The position numbers were made by a program, and so were the translations under genes. From Catajapyx aquilonaris (lineage: Eukaryota): DNA of 64,000 bases. The stretch spans positions 62,001-126,000 of the forward strand of contig KZ538036.1 of assembly GCA_000934665.2 (NCBI GenBank), given 5' to 3'. Each line of letters starts with the position of its first letter. The first letter of the stretch is position 1. The notes below the pieces were generated by a model. The model saw nothing but the letters and a program-made list of their open reading frames with translations. It searched no databases and was not told the origin of the DNA. Positions 25,201 to 39,700 of the stretch are shown in pieces.

Positions 25201-27525
25201 ATTTGCAGTGTTCTGCAATAATTCACATTGGAAGTTGTTCCCCATATTACTAAGCAAGAAAGTGAAACTCAGTTTTTTAAAAAATATCTGTCCCCTCAGT
25301 AAGTAAAAACCTGGGATCAAAAGACTGGGATTGTTATGCACTTGAAATGGCCACAGCAGGTACTAAAAAGCTTCCGGAATTTTACTATTAATTTTTCAGG
25401 CAATAGTTGATTATGGCCAATTTTTTTTGAGTTGTTCACAACATGTATGTTTTAATAAAGGACACCAGGGAAAGTACACGAGGCACCAAGTACAAAAATT
25501 TAAGGAGGGTACCATGGAAAGGAACAAACAAATATCGATGCATGAAGAGCAAGTAGGCAACAGCTACATGTCGTTACATTGCTTCCATGGTCATGTTCAT
25601 GAACAGGTCTATGATGGTGTGATAATAATAAATGTCAGCACCTGCTGTATTGCCCAACCAGCATCGCCCTCGAGGCAGATAATTAGATGATTGCAAAAAT
25701 GCAGGTTTTGTGGGAAGTTGCGCCAGTTCCAGCGACTGGTAAACAGAGAAATTGACCTTGTGGAAATTGGCCAACTATTCCATATAAACACTGGCAGCTC
25801 CCAAACAAACTATAACAAGGACGTAGACTTGCAGGAGAAAGCCTTGAGGGTATGTGTGTGTGAAGGACACACGTGTGCACAGAAGCTAAAATCCCTTGGG
25901 ATATGAAATTGGTGTGCGTCTCACAAGTTGGTCCTGTGACCTATGGCTCACACACTCATGAAATGAGTGTTTACGTAAGGTCTGGAGTCCAGCCAAAAAT
26001 GCTTGGGGAACAAGTACCCTCGTGCGTAGGTCCCATTTCGTCAGGTGTTTGCCAACAAGTCTGGCAAATCCATCTTGGCTCACACATCTGAGTCGGTCCG
26101 GGGGATGGAGAGAGGAACCGAAATTTTCATTGACGTGTTCACTAGTTCTGAGTACAGCCACTTGTCATCTGTTGGACCGATGCCAAGCTTACTTTACGGG
26201 AAGGCTTTTGGACGTCAACTCTACATTAAGATCAGCCCTACCTGAACTGTTTACATGCATGTAATACTGCTCATGCCATGATTTCCATTCAATTGCTCAC
26301 ACACAACAAAAATGCAGTACCAAAAATAGCTGTGTTTCAGTTGTGGACACGTCAGTTTTGCTATCCTCGTTCCCATCAATACTGTAATCAATATTTCACA
26401 ATATTGTTTTCCATTCATGTCCTTGCCCCCAAGATTTCTCAGACTCGTGCAGATGTCACATACGCACACATGAGCGAGCAATGACCAGTCATCTGATAGA
26501 AATTTTTAAATCAGATAACTGGATTTCTCACAGAGCAACGTCACACACATCCGCATCATTACAAGCTATAGACAACAATGTTCCGGAGAATCAGCGTTCC
26601 TTTCCGCATCAAATTTCTGCTGCGGAATGTTCACCAGTTTTTCTTAAAACATTAATCAGAATATAATTACATTTTCCAAGAACTGGCCACATTTCCCATG
26701 ACACCAACGTCATCACCTTTTTTTTTATTTACATATATGTTCGCATAAAACCGTTTTCACTTCTAAAACTGGCTAAATTTTTGTGGCGTACACACGTCAC
26801 AATCCGGTACTAACCATAACTATTTAAAATAAACCATAATTGTAACAATTAAAATATTGGAATACTCACGGAGAAAGGGAAAGTGTCCCAACCAAAACCA
26901 AAACCACTTTTGATGGGGAAGGAGGGGGGGAGCTTCGGGCAGTGACTGTCTTATAAAAGGTGGATAACGTTATGACTCATGTGGTGGTGTAATAAATATT
27001 CTCGAACAATAAAATTAATAACAAAATCAATATACGGAATAATGTGTGCTAATTAATAAAAAAATTAGCTGGGTTTTAAACATTTTTGTGCGGATCAATT
27101 TTGAAGTTGAGAGTTTGTGGTTGATAAAAGATGGCGTCCGTATCGTTCGAACCAGCAGGTTCAAATTTTAATTAGTTTTTAAATTAATAAATAAGCACGA
27201 TTTTTTTAAATATATATATATATACAAGTTAATATGTAAATGTTTTTTTGTGGTGACTGGATCAACTATGGCGTCCCGATTTTGCATTGTTGGTCACATG
27301 TTTGCAAGTTACATCATTGGCCGTACATGACGTCTGATATCAGTTGAACTTGAAGGAGTTTACTTTGCATCGTATGACTCTCAATCATCCGTAGCACAAT
27401 AAGGACACAGAGGTTTGCATACGCTACATACTCAAATATCATAAACAGTTGTCATGCACTGAAATGTACTTAGGGTACGCTTTGATTTGAAATGTACTCC
27501 CTCTTTTTGTCTTTGCGTACAGAGG

Positions 27526-30076
27526 ATGGCTGAAGGTAATAGCGGATGGCTGTCCTCTGGAGGTCAGAGGAACTATGGAAGTACTGGAGTTCCGGATGTG
27601 AGGATTGCAGAGCCGCAGTCGGCAGAGTTCCGTCAGCTGTGCGAGGGTGTGACGACCAACATCTTCACGATCAATCACAGCGGGAAGACGCTTGAACATA
27701 TGCTCAGGCTTATTGGGAGCGCAAGGGATAATAAGGGGATCAGGGACCAGATGTAAGGAGTTATAAAACGAAAATGTTGCACCAAAGTCAAAGCCAAAGA
27801 AACTATAAAGCACATTATTACAGGCCATCATGTGTCTCATAGGGCCGGTTTCACCAAGAGCGATGATAAAACCGCGGTTCTTTCAGAAAATCCATACCAA
27901 TAATAATAATAATATATAATAATGGATACCCCGTGATAGGCCCCTTGGGCCTCTTAGGGGATCATCTTTTGAATAACCGACTTTAATCATTTGCCTGTAA
28001 TGTGATGGATTTTGATAGTGGGAGGAAACGGGAGAACCCCGAGAAAACCCACGCGAACAAGGAGAGAACCCATCGAAACTCTATCCACATAAGTATCCTC
28101 CGTCCGACCCGGGGATCGAACTCGGGACCTTAGAGGTGGTAGGCTGCGGCGCTAACCACTCGGCCACCGTGTCGCCCTAATCCATACCAATATGTTTTTA
28201 GAAAGAATCTCAGTTTTGTAGTATAACACTTTTGGAGAAACTGGCCCTTTGTTGTGCTGCGGATCTGAATCACAGCTCGGTAAATGATGACCTAGATAAT
28301 TGCGCCAGTAACTTGTTGACAGGATGTGGTGGCACTTGTAGATTATGCATGAAACTTGCAATGATATTATGCTGAAGTCTCATGTGCAAGGGAGTTACGA
28401 CTCATCTGGCACATTGCGAATTGATTTAAAACATGCTACAGCTTGGCATTTATGAGCCATTTTAATGTGAACAACATTTCGCAATTTTATAACAGCACAG
28501 GAAGGGGCTGTTGAATACACTGGAATGTGCTTGTGTTATGGCCACCAACATTCCAATCATGCCAGAATTATCATGAGCAATGCTCTCAGAGAATATTGGA
28601 AGTGTTGGCAGCTGCATGCAGAATATCTCTTTTATGTTTATAAAAGGAAAAGTTGGTATGTTTGTCCAGGCTACCTAACCCACTTTCAGACTACTGAGAG
28701 TGCTGACATTCGGCACACTGGGAAAAGTCCCGAAACCACTATTTTTGAAAGTCTAATTACCCAAATTTAGGATTTCTTCTTGTCCTAAATTAAATGAGCC
28801 TTGCCTTTACGAGATGTTAAATCATTGCTGATATGAGACAATGGACATAACATTATTAGTGTTCAATTGTTAGGGATGTTTGTGATATGATCAAAATTGT
28901 TTAATGTTGTTATCTTTTATAGTGACTGGATTTCTAGCTATTCTGGCAACCACGATACATGATTGTTTGCGGTTGATAAGGCCTGTTTACAGGACAGCAC
29001 TTTTTAAAACACGTTTCACCGAGCACGTACAGCTAACACTTTCATGTCATTGGAAATTTCATAGGCATTATCATGACAAATATATTTTAAGCATATAAAT
29101 TTTAGAAGTCTAATTGTATTGCATCAGTAAGTTAAGATTACTGTATTTGACGGCATATAAGACACCCCCATTTCAGCAGATCATATTCAGGAAAAAACCT
29201 ATTCGCATGTAAGAGGCACAGCAATTTTTTGAGCAATTTTTTGGGGAATAAGGTACGTCTTGTATGCTGTCAAATACACCATTATGTTTGCCATGATAAC
29301 TTAATCCGAGCATAAATTCCCAGCCATCTGACCCAGATGAGTGCCAAGCAATTAATGGCCCAAACTACTGAGAATCTGAAGCGTCTGAATCTGATGGCAA
29401 GAAGGGGTGAGCGGCAGGGAAAACTTCAGGCGGAGAGACTCACAAATGAATTCCAGAATTCGGTGCAGCGCTACAACGCAATTCAGAAGCAGATTGCGTC
29501 TAAGCTGAGATCGTACATGCCAAGTCAATCCATTGCACAGGAAGAGGAGTTGGGAGGGTCCACGGATCAGTTGCTGGCCGAGGAAGAGAAAAAGCAACAG
29601 CAGAAGCAACTGTTACAGGAACTGGAATTCGAGCAGGGAATGCTGCTGGAGAGGGAACAAAGGATAAAGCAGATCGAGTCGGACATTATCGATGTTAATG
29701 ACATTATGAAGGAGCTGTCCGTTATGGTTGAAGAGCAGGGACAGACTGTCAGTAAGTCGTTCATGTCATAGTTTTTGTAGACTTAAGCTACTTTTCTTCA
29801 TGATAAAATTGGTCAATGATCACAACTTATTTGCAGATTCAATTGAGAACAATATTGAAACTGCCTACACTGACGTGGAGCAGGGAAGAGATCAGTTGCA
29901 AAAGGCATCTTCATATCAAGTACGTATCATCAGTACATGCCGTAAAAGCACGTTTGTTAATCTCCGTGTGTTTACAGAACAAGTTCCGCAAACGTCTGTG
30001 CATCTTACTGGCGATTGGTACCATTGTCGCAATTGTGTTAATAGTGATTTTGGTGACTCAGCTCAAGACAAGTTAG
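27526..30076 (+). CDS. STX12: Syntaxin-7/12(13) family Qa-SNARE. Exons 27526-27752, 29324-29751, 29837-29919, 29978-30076.
   Basis: Habc region (KLQAERLTNEF), SNARE motif EREQRIKQIESDIIDVNDIMKELSVMVEEQGQTVNSIENNIE and C-terminal TM. STX7 versus STX12 cannot be resolved by eye. Confidence 0.9.
27903..28178 (-). mobile_element. Full-length tRNA-derived SINE with a V-domain-like core
   Basis: Minus strand: ggtggccgagtggttag (A box), gagttcgatccc (B box), gcgtgggttttctcggggttctcccgtttcctccca core and (TTA)n-like tail. 14-bp TSD aatccataccaata at 27889-27902 and 28179-28192. Confidence 0.85.
29139..29279. mobile_element. Short Tc1/mariner (Tigger-like) MITE remnant
   Basis: tactgtatttgacggcatataagac / gtcttgtatgctgtcaaatacac imperfect inverted ends. 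Confidence 0.5.
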
Positions 30077-30706
30077 TGACTTTACTGGATATGCGGACAG
30101 GAAATGAGCAAGGGAGGGATTAATATTAACTAAACCAGTACATATAAGGATGCAGAGGTACTTGTGAATGTGTTGCTTAATTGCTGTTATTACTCACGTA
30201 TACTGATGTTCATCTGCGAAAGTATCAAATATAGAGAGAAAAAAGAGACATGTTTATTGCAGGAATACATTTTATTTGCATCTAAAAAAGATCGTTGTAT
30301 AACTATTAAATTGCCTTTATTGACATAATAAATGGCAACATAATGTGCCAGAAAAAAAAAACAAAACATGTATCAATCTACACAATATATACTGTGCTCT
30401 CTGGAGTTAGGCATAACTAGGGAGTTATGCTCAAAATAAATAAGTACAAAAGGAGTTTTAAAAATAACTGGTGGATATACTTTGGAATGTTTTAGGTGGG
30501 GGAAATGAAAAATAAATCCCTTAAAAAAAACCCTCAATAATTTCATTTAAAAAAAACAATAGGTGCCGATAATTTTAGTGTAGCTTTATGAAGTTGTTAA
30601 CTGTCGGTTATTATTAACACTTGAGGTAGAAATTCTCAACATAAAACACCAGACTAAAAGATGGTAATATTAATTGACAGGTTTTTTTTTTATAGCGTCG
30701 CCTTTT

Positions 30707-33700
30707 TCACTTTTTCCCAACTCGGTTGCTCCTGGTTCTTATCCTGGCTTGAAGAGTCAGCAAAAGTCCTGCAAGAACGTCATGGTTATGAAGCTTTTTC
30801 CCGAAAATCAGCCTCCGCACGGAGTCGTCGTATGTTAGAAGGGCAACCATGTTTTGCAGGAGGAAACCTTGGCAATACTCCAGAAGTTGAACCGCATTGT
30901 AAACCTGTCAGCAATGTGAAAATGTTGAAGTAATTGAACACACTTCATTGAAATTATTCTGTACCTTTGCATGGATGTACATGGACACTATGTTGTCCAA
31001 ATCCACTAGAGTTGAGCACCTGGCTTCACAGAACCGTAGCAGCCCGTCCAACTGGAAGAAGTTGGCCGCCGCCATAAGCTCCAAGACGTCGTTTTGGTCA
31101 ACTTCCAAACTATCGCACCTCCCGTTGTACAAGTGATGCATCACCATCTGGATTAACAAATCATATTATGCCTGTGGAACGCTTCTTATCGCCAAAAGAA
31201 AGTTGCGAAAATTTACCTGGAAGATGTCATATCTGATGTCATTGATCTGAACAATGGGAGGATTTCCCTCGCAGAACTTGGAGCTCAGCATGGACTTGAA
31301 CCGTGGAGACGACGTGACCAGCACTATTTTGTGGGCGTAAAAGACTCTTCCTTCGACCCTAAACTGGACGTCGCTTAGCTCAGGATTGTTCACAAACTTG
31401 GGGTCGATCCGAGTTCCGCTGGATAAGGTGGCATCGTGAATGTCTTTCACCGGCTCACGGCCGTAGCATGTGGAGAATATGTCGGCCAAAAGTAGTGTCG
31501 TTCCTTCGTTCTGAAAATATGCAATGATGTAAATCTTAGTTGCTGCCTTTTTGCTCATTGCAATCAAGTACTGCACCTTGCTGTATCTAAATATGGTGAA
31601 AAGGAGCGGGAGACATTCGTCCACAAACTGCGTTGAATAGTCATCTGGCCAGACCTGCAGGAAGTCCTGCAGCAGCTGGTCTATGATACTCTCCAGCTTT
31701 TGCTCGTGGGACGTGGCAAGGGTGTGCATCCAGCAGTGGAGGGTCCAAGGGACACCCAAGTTCCGAAGTTCAAGGGTTATTTCTGTAACATTCAGCATTA
31801 CCACTCAATTTACTCCTTGACTGGAATAACATTATACGTACCTAAATGGCCATTTTCAGCGCTATGGTACATGGCTTCCTGCAGCCCCTTGATCTGCGTT
31901 TTGCTTAACTTGAGCGGAGTGTTGTCGTTCTTTAGGTTTGCGATGCTTCGGGACGACTCCTCTCCTGGTAGAGGCATCATCTGGAAAGAGGCCGCGGTTA
32001 GACTCGGCAACTCATCGTTACGGGTGAATACAAACCTGCAGACGGCTCCCTTTTCTGTCCGTAGTCAGCTGGTTTGCCCCTTCTGCGAGTATCTCCTCTA
32101 ACGAGAGCACCTCCTTGTGACCTAGGTTGACTGGATGCGAGAGGAGCTTGTGCACTACTGCTCTGTGTCCATGTGCGGCAGCCACTGATATGGCGGAGTA
32201 ACACCCTCTCTGCGCAGACCCGGAGTAACAGAGGGAGTCCCTAAAGTTGGTCGACAGGAAAGGATGTGCCCCATATGACAGGAGGAGGCCTACGATGTCC
32301 ATGTTTCCAGAGGCGGCTGCCAGTTGCAAGGGAGTGACTGTCGGCTTGTCTTCGCTCAGCCTGGCGCCGCCTTCCACGTTGGCGCCTGACTCCAACAGAG
32401 TGCGGACTGTAGGGAGATGCCCCTGCATGGTCGAGTAGGTGATGGCCGTCCAGTGCTGCGTCTCGGGATTGGCGGAAGGACACTGAGGACTATTCGGAGG
32501 AGTCTCAGCATCAATGTCGGCCCCTGCTTCCAGGAGCATGCCGACGGTGGACTCATCCCCGCCGATACATGACAGCATCAATGGAGTCAATCCTCCCTCG
32601 TGGACAGTGTTGATCTATGAATATGTTTGATAGGATTACGTTTTTTCAAGAGTGTGTAAAACTGACCTTTGCGGATGGAAGCAGCTGCAGAGCGTGTGGC
32701 ACCAGGTCACTCCTCCCGCTGCTGAGCATCCGGAAGGCCACTTCAACTTTGAATTTTCTGGCGCTGTCCGCCACCACCTCGTCGCTTCCAGTGTCAATGT
32801 GTCTCCTGTTGTTGCACCAGAGCATGAGTTCTTCCTGCCCTACGCCTCGGACAGGGCAGTCCATCCCTGGCAGGAGGAGTCTGGCTGCTTGCATGACGTC
32901 GTCTTTGTCGACGATGACAGCATAGCGATGCTCGGTGTGCACGGTTGCCACACGTATCCACTCAGACAGTGGTGGTAGCACAATGTACGGTCGTTCATAC
33001 ATCAGTTCTTGCACAGGTGACTCCGAGTGTTCCGCATGTTCCAGCTGCCATTGAAGAGAATGTCATACTGCGATAATTTACGACATATGTTACGCCTAAT
33101 ACCTGTGAGCAGCGCATGAAGTAAAACAATGCTTGTACTGCCGGTGCTCCCCAGGATAAAGCCTGACTCCTGGGCGAAGCTGCCGTGCTGTGTCGGTGCA
33201 CAAATGTGACCACTTTCCCCAGCAGTTCCTTAAGCTCTCCGATTGATCCCACGCATGTAGTGAGCAAACTCTGCTCCAGAGTCTTGCTGCTGCTGGCCCT
33301 CTCGGACTCGTTTGCATTTTGCTGGAGCACGGCACTGGAGAGTCCAGGCCAGTTGGGCAGGGCAAGGGCTCCAGTGGCAGTGCGGCCTGCGTTTAAGTGC
33401 GAGTAAGGCTGCAGCAGTCCCCACAAGTCGCCGTTGTTGGCAATGGCATGTTCCAGGACCGTGGCCGTCAGGGGAAGCTCTGGATCCGATGGGAGGCACT
33501 GGAGGACCATCTCTTCCAGGAGGTTCTCCATGCCAGCTGTCAGGTACACCGCTGCATACCTGAAGATTATAAGAATGAGTTGTGTGTTCTTTCAGTGTCC
33601 AATCGGGGAACTTACTCATGGATGAATTTCCCTAGGCGGATGTCGCACATCCATCGATGAAAGCGGCCAACTGACAACTGAAGCCCAGCTCTGGCCGACT

Positions 33701-36700
33701 TGCTCTGTTTCAGTTGATCTCCGGACACGGTGTACATTGCTGCGGCTCGTAAGCATGACTGGAAAAACACAGAATGTTAGTATACACATTTAATCAATCC
33801 TGTGCAGGCCGTACCTTGATGCACGAATCGGCAAGAGTGGGTGCTAGAACCGCCCTGAAGGCACTGGACACTTCTTGCTTGCTGCACATTCCAAGTGCCC
33901 TTGAAAACCTCTGTGCTTCCCTTCCCACCCTAACCAGTGCTCTTTGAAGCAGGTAGGAAAGACGTGGCACTGTCTCCATGGACACCCGCTCCAGGCATTC
34001 CCTGGCTCTTCCGTTCTGTAGCACTCGGAGAACCTCATGGCTGGACCACGGCAGATGTTGGAGCTCCACAAGACGGTTGTGTGAGTCCACCCACACAAAC
34101 TCATCCGCCGAAGTCACATTGGTTCCGATGGTCTCAAGGCTGGAGTGACGGAGCAGTCGACGGGTTGGCTCCCCTTCAGACCCACTCATGCTTGAGTACG
34201 TGGACGTGGAGTAAGATGATGACACATGTGAACGGAGAGTCAGCTGTTCAATAGCTGCCTTGATGTCCTCCAGTCCTGCCCCGCCTGGCTCCAACTGCAA
34301 GGAGTCATCTTTCGTGCGGTGCCTGGGACGGTTCTGGAGGGACCTACGTTGTGCCACATTCTTCGGGTGGATGGGAGGTGTTGGTAGTACGCTTGCGGAC
34401 AACCGCTCATCCTCCGGGACCGACTTAAGGTCTGATCTGTAGTGTTGGTGGTGCGCACGTGGAAGAGAGTCCAACGCTGGTGGAGATGACGATGAGGAAG
34501 TGTGGCCATCCGACATGCTGGCATGACCCGATGAACGCGTCTCATCTGAGGAGGAACCACCTCCACCTCTTCCGCCATTGTACGGATCCTGTCGCCTCTG
34601 CAATACACAAGTTCCATTACCACTTGTTGCTCGTAGTTATTGGTACCGGTAATGCATGCCATGTAAAGCAGATGCTGTTGATCACAATATTGGCTGAATA
34701 ATCCCATTTAAAGCAGGATATATTGTAAACTGTATTATCTAACCATATGCTTCACTCTTTAAGTAACAATTAAAATTAAAATCAGTAAAATGAAACCTGT
34801 ACATGCAGTTAATTACAATAACTGTCAAATGAGACTAACAGCTTTTCATGGTAAGTAATTGTGACTGATTGCTATTAAATGTGCTTAAAACCATAAAATC
34901 AGTTCACACCAATTTTCTAGGGGAAATATACGCTTCCGTTCTTTTTGACACAAGTACACAGTACCGCAATCATCCTGCACATACCCGCAATATTTCAAGG
35001 CCTCATTTTCACGATCATCGTTACGTAACCACGCCATAAACCCTGCAATTGTTCTGCCCGAAAAAAAAAAAAAATAACACGGTACGTCCCTTTAATTAAT
35101 CACGACCTCAAACCACAGTAGCTCCCATCGCATCATTCGTTTCAAGTTAAAAACTTCTCAAGTTGCAACTCACGAAAATCCTTTTACGATTTTTTTNGGG
35201 GGGTATGCGGTTAGGTGGGGGCTAATTCCATCTAATTCACATTTACAACTCGATTTACAGCACGTGTAAGAATTCAATGGGCCTCCAGGCTCCTTTTTTT
35301 TTAAATGATGATTCTTGAGACGAAATATTTCGTGACGAATGTAAGTTATAAGGTTCTGATGGCCTAGGTGTAAAGGGTTAGGTTTTGTTTTCATTTCGAA
35401 GGAAACGGGTTTGGTCGCTTCATAAATCCAGAGAAGAGGTGGGTGGGGTTGGTTGGTTGGAGGGGGGCAAGTGGAAACAGAAGGGGTAAGCAATTTTGCC
35501 TCCAGAGGACAACTTGGGTCATTGCTCGCCGACTCTTCCCCAACCAACACAGAGGCTAAAACAATCGGTTGGAAATGCCGTTTTTTTGTTTGTTTGTACG
35601 CTGATGGACATTAATGGTGTCGTACTGGTGGCGCCACGAGCAGAATATTAGCAACCAATCCCTTCGATTCGCTCTTTTGCCGCCATGGCTCATGGTTACA
35701 CCAGTACGACACCAGTTGCACCAATCCCCAGGAAACATTTTCCAGCCAGAAAATATCCACAAAAGTTAATTCGTTGTCGTCAACAGACAGGGTCAAACAA
35801 CTAGTAATATACTTTTTTCTGGCTCTTTTCCGGCCGGAAAAAGTGCAACCGGGCCTTATTGGTGCCGTCAGAACCGGTTGCACCACCTCCAGGAAACATT
35901 TTCCGTCCGGAAAATGAACCAGAAAAGTTAATCCCTTTCGTCAACAGACAGGGACAATGAATTTTTCTGGCTCTTTTCCGGCCGGAAAATGTTCTCCTGG
36001 GGTTGGTGCAACCAGGCCTTAATGGTGTCGTCAGAACCGGTTGCACCACCTCCAGGAAACATTTTCCGTCCGGAAAATGAACCAGAAAAGTTAATCATCT
36101 TCGTCAGCAGACAGGGACAAACAATGAATTTTTCTGGCTCTTTTCCGGCCGGAAAATGTTTTCCTGGGGTTGGTGCAACCGGGCTTTAATGGTGTCGTCA
36201 GAACCGGTTGCACCACCTCCAGGAAACAATTTCCGTCCGGAAAAAGAGCCAGCAAAGTTAATCCGTCCGGAAATGAACCAGAAAAGTTAATCGTCTTCGT
36301 CAGCAGACAGGGACAAACAATGAGTTTTGCTGGCTCTTTTCCGGCCGGAAAATGTTTTCCTGGGGTTGGTGCAACCGGGCTTTAATGGTGTCGTGAGAAC
36401 CAGTTGCACGACCTCCAGGAAACATTTTCCGTCCGGAAAAAAGCCAGAAAAGTTAATCGTCTTCGTCAACAGACAGGGACAAACAATGAGTTTTTCTGGA
36501 TCTTTTCCGGCCGGAAAATCTTTTCCTGGGGTTAGTGCAACCGGTTCTGCCGATGGCGGTTAAAGAGCTAGTTTATGGTTAGCGAATTTTGCTGCCTGTT
36601 GCTCGTGGCGCCACCAGTACGACACCATTAATGCTCTGTTGCACCATCTCCATAGGACAAATCCGGCTGGAAAGGAGCCTGAAAAAGTTTCTTACTCATG

Positions 36701-39700
36701 TTTATCCCTGTCTGTTGACGACAACGAATTGCTTTTCCGGCTATTTTCCGGTCGGAAAATATTTGTTGGAAGTGGTGCAACCGGGAATTATACTGTAGTA
36801 CCACCAGTACTACACTATTTAAACCCGGTTGCACCATCCCCAGGAAACATTTCGGGCCGGAAAAGAGCCAGAAAAAAGTCTGTTACTCATTATTTGACCC
36901 CGTCTGTTGATGGCAATGAATAACTTTTCCTGGCTCTTTTCCGGCCGGAAACTGTTTCTTGGAAGTAGTGCATGCAACCAGGCCTTAATGGTGTCGTCAG
37001 AACCGGTTGCACCACCTCCAGGAAACATGTTCCGTCCGGATAGGATCCAGTAAAAGTTTCTAACTCATTATTGTGTGTCCCTGTCTGTTGATGACAACGA
37101 ATAACTTTTCTGTGCTCTCTTTCCGGCCGGAAAATACTTTTTGTAGGTGGTGCAACCGTTAAGGCCCGGTTGCACAACCTCCAGGAAACATTTTCCGGCC
37201 GGAAAAAGAGCCAGAAAAGTTATTCGTTGTCGTCAACAGACAGGGTCAAACAATGAGTAAGAAACGTTTTCTGGCTCCTTTTCCGGCCAGAAAATGTTTC
37301 CTGGAGGTGATGCAACCGGATAAACGTCCAGCACTGGAGGGACCAAAGATGTACGTACACAGACCTGAAAGAGGCGTATCTCCTCGGCGCTCAGGTGATG
37401 CGGCAACCCCAGGAGATTCCGACGTCTCAGCTTGGATTTGGCTGGTGTCCGACGTCTTCCACCGGACAGCAGGACAGGGTCGCCGTCGGACGAGCTCTTC
37501 CCGAGTGACCCGCAGTCTGTTGACTCCGGAGTGCGACCTGCTGGCTGACCTTCATCTTCCTCCTCCTCCTCTTCTTCTGCGGGCTGGACTGTCAGTTGCT
37601 GCTCACCAGCCTTGTTCTTAAGGTCCGATTCGTCTATCACTATTTCGGATGGCGCTTTCCATTTGCTTGGGTCTGTCCAGCGATGTCCTCTGTCTGGAAA
37701 GGTGGACACGTCGCGTTCAGGCAGCTGTTGCGTCAGATCGCTTCCGGACGTGTCCACAACCGACGGTGATGACACGCTCTTGGACGTCTCCATGGCTCCT
37801 TTGTGAGGCTGCTGGGGTTCGGCCACGCTTCCTTCCAACTTGATCGGAGGTGACAGCATCCTTGGGGCCGCACCGGTACCGCCTCTCAGGTTATGCACCG
37901 TCGGAGTCTGACGCTGCACAGGCGGAACCTCCCGACTTGACGCCTTGTACACAACCCCAGCACTCTTGACCACACTTGCTGGAAAGGCAGGTCCGTGACA
38001 GTACTGCTCCCATGCGGTACCGGTACGGTCACGGTCGCCTCGCAGCATCTGGCTCTGGACCAAACGCTCCTTGGTCGGTGAACGTCCAGGAGATTCCCTC
38101 CAGACAGTCTGGAAAAATATTTTGTGGGAGACTTGAACGTGTGAATCAGCCACGATCTGGCGTTTGCTGGAGCCAACAACTTTGGAGCAATGTACTTTTT
38201 TTTTTAAAAGCCTGAAGGACACTGGTAATCACTGCTTCAAGGCTACTGCTCCTCAAACCGTGACGGATTTATCGCGTGAGAAGTTCGCGCATCTTTTAAT
38301 ATTATAATATTTACATACCGATTGGTTCCCTGGGCTCTGAGAATTTGGGGTCTTCAGGACCGGAACCGATCCGCCCAGGTCACGATTGACGGGCTTGAGG
38401 GAACCGAATGCTGTGGAGGAAGAGATGGACACTGGTATGGTCTGTCTGATTGTTGTTGCATCGTGTGACTCCGAGGGTGGTACCGCCACCATGGCACCTG
38501 GAGATGGTTGGGGTGCCCCGGAGCTGTACGGAGAGGCCATCCGGAGCATAAGAGAAGCCTCCCCTCCAGGTCTGAAGTGAAGAAAAAAAATGGTTACCCC
38601 CTCCGAAATTAGATGACCCAGCATGAGTTATTGTCTTTTGGGCTCCAACCAGTCTACATACCAACAGTTTTTTTTAATGTCTGCAGATTTTTGGTTTATA
38701 TTATAAGTAAAACGACATAGCTGGTGAGAACAAGTTTGGCTAATCCAACAACCTGACACTGTAGTCTAACGGTACTTTGCTTCCATAACTTTTGCATTGA
38801 CACCACTCGCACACACTGTCCATAAATTTGTCTCCAAAATGTTTGAACCACTGTCTCCACACACAAAAAAACAAATCCACGTCAATCACTTTTAAACTGT
38901 CCGTATACGTAATGTTGAGCTCCCAAGTTTGAACCCCCAAACCTGCCAAGCCCATCTAAGAAACTGATTGCCCTCCAGCCCCTTGCACCTGCACTCTTGA
39001 GCTGGCCCAGGACCCAATCTTGCAGGCTTGGAGATACAATCCGGACTGGGTCCTACTCCCAAGACTCATCCAAACCAAAAAAAAAAAAGGACTGGTTTCT
39101 ACTCCCATAGTTTCAGTATGGAATGTCATTCAGGATTTCACACTATATTCAGACTTGATTTTTTGGAGGGGAGGGGAAGTGAAAACTTGAATTATTTTTT
39201 TTAGGAGACCAACAGTCGCATCCTTTCAGACTGGGCTGGTCAAACAAAGACACTTGAGAAACCCAGCGGCCTTGAACGTCTTCTGGAGAGAAGATTCCAT
39301 CCCCTAACAGCTGTCTTGTTTGGCTGCTGTCAGTAGCCTACTGTCTCAAAAGAAGAAAAAAATCCTAGCAAAGAACAGGAAAATCAAAAGTTTACAGGAC
39401 AAAAGCAAAAAAAAGGGGGGTGCTTCTGATCAGTGATGTAATGTTATTACCGGTTGCGGTTTCCAGAATTAGTGTCCGTGCAAATAGTGGGCGTTTGGAG
39501 ACGCGCCATACTTCCACGTGTGTTATTTGGTGGGTACACACTTGCACAAAAAAAAAAGTCGTGGAGGCTTTCCAACTATTCAGTATCACATGAGTCGCTC
39601 GATAATTGAATCATCCTTTTTTTCATTCTAGAAAAAATGTATACCGCTGTATGTGTGTGACATATACAGCATTTTTTTTGTGGTTTTTTGTCCTGCTGTA

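Noticed and set aside
24819..25341. Hydrophobic ORFs resembling membrane proteins
   Set aside because: Antisense translation of an A-rich degenerate tandem repeat.
35610..37325. Palindromic array as CRISPR-like or protein coding
   Set aside because: Spacers are copies of each other, and the ORFs are short repeat translations on both strands.
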